A DNA stretch of 51,211 bases from Bacteroidia bacterium (GTDB lineage Bacteria; Bacteroidota; Bacteroidia; Bacteroidales; VadinHA17), in assembly GCA_026391215.1 (NCBI GenBank), contig JAPLDX010000047.1, positions 1 through 51,211 on the forward strand. Direction: 5' to 3'. Both the position numbers and the translations under genes were made by a program. Each line of letters begins with the position of its first letter. Position 1 is the first letter of the stretch. Of this stretch, positions 50,639-51,211 are shown piece after piece. Under the pieces are notes generated by a model that saw only the letters and a program-made list of their open reading frames with translations, was not told where the DNA came from and did not search any database.

Positions 50639-51211
50639 CTATTCCTGTCCTATCCTGTACAAATACTTTTGTGTTCTCAATATAACCGAATTTCTTAAAA
50701 TTGCAGGCGTTGCCCAAATCCCTGAATCCATTTGATTCTTTGCGACAACATCATATTTCCGATCTGCCTTTATTGCCAGAACCTCCCCTTTTACAGAGAA
50801 GAACCAGATATTACCATTTACATATATTGGTGAGGCGTCATAATTTGATGTCATGTGTGTTGACCAGATTTCTTCTCCTGTGGCTGCATCAAGACACATG
50901 AGAATGTTCCTGGTATTTACTGTAAAGATCAATCCGGCTTTAATTACAGGTGTCAGGCATTGGTTTCGTGACAGTTCATCCCTTTTTTTCCAGAGGACAT
51001 TTGTACCGGTTATATCACCATTGCCATCAGGATCAACTGCAAGTAATTCGTTATAATTGGTGCCGTCACAGGCAACCATATATCCGGTGTACCAGAATAA
51101 TACTCCTTTTTCTGTAAAGGGCATAGCCACTGTCGATTCGGCACCATCCACCACTCTCCATATTTCCTTGCCGGTATTGGGATCGTAAGCTATAGAGACG
51201 GCGGAACCGTT
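50639..51211 (-). CDS. PQQ-like/BamB-like beta-propeller protein, C-terminal part (runs off the right edge)
   Basis: Frame is open to the window end (NGSAVSIAYDPNTGKEIWR...); CLDAATGEEIW, ASPI and ATPAI propeller repeats. Confidence 0.85.
   Translation of the reverse strand, partial: NGSAVSIAYDPNTGKEIWRVVDGAESTVAMPFTEKGVLFWYTGYMVACDGTNYNELLAVDPDGNGDITGTNVLWKKRDELSRNQCLTPVIKAGLIFTVNTRNILMCLDAATGEEIWSTHMTSNYDASPIYVNGNIWFFSVKGEVLAIKADRKYDVVAKNQMDSGIWATPAILRNSVILRTQKYLYRIGQE

Noticed and set aside
934-51056. Numerous 60-170 aa ORFs in the track that overlap long genes on the opposite strand or in another frame
   Set aside because: They are shadow ORFs of well-supported genes and have no recognisable motifs.

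Overview
Chromosomal window from a Bacteroidota bacterium, probably Bacteroidales; many TAnnTTTG -7 promoter boxes support this. The left part (1-23.7 kb) is mostly housekeeping and catabolic. It holds mutS (interrupted by an in-frame TAG at the Walker B glutamate), a GH2-ROK-MFS-SIS sugar operon, DmpA and tricorn peptidases, typA, an acyl-CoA synthetase, a beta-helix/gluconolactonase fusion and a FISUMP lipoprotein. The right part (23.7-51 kb) looks more AT-rich by eye and is an ion-homeostasis region. It holds kdp(F)ABCDE, a CusA-like RND system with a YncE propeller, ygiD, a second KdpD-like/KdpE pair, kup, a CDF transporter and a DUF1003 protein. The main unannotated structure is a 66-67 bp promoter module, TTTATA-N5-TTTATA-N14/15-TTTATA-N5-TTTATA-N10-TAnnTTTG (two tandem KdpE-type sites fixed to the -7 box), present five times. 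The copies precede kdpFABC, kup, two decayed KimA-like K+ transporter remnants and an unannotated 46-aa membrane microprotein, which suggests a KdpE regulon fed by two sensor kinases. Also notable are a candidate metal-sensing IWQPP leader peptide upstream of the CDF gene and an SPFH gene with an internal deletion. All calls come from reading the sequence; no searches were run.
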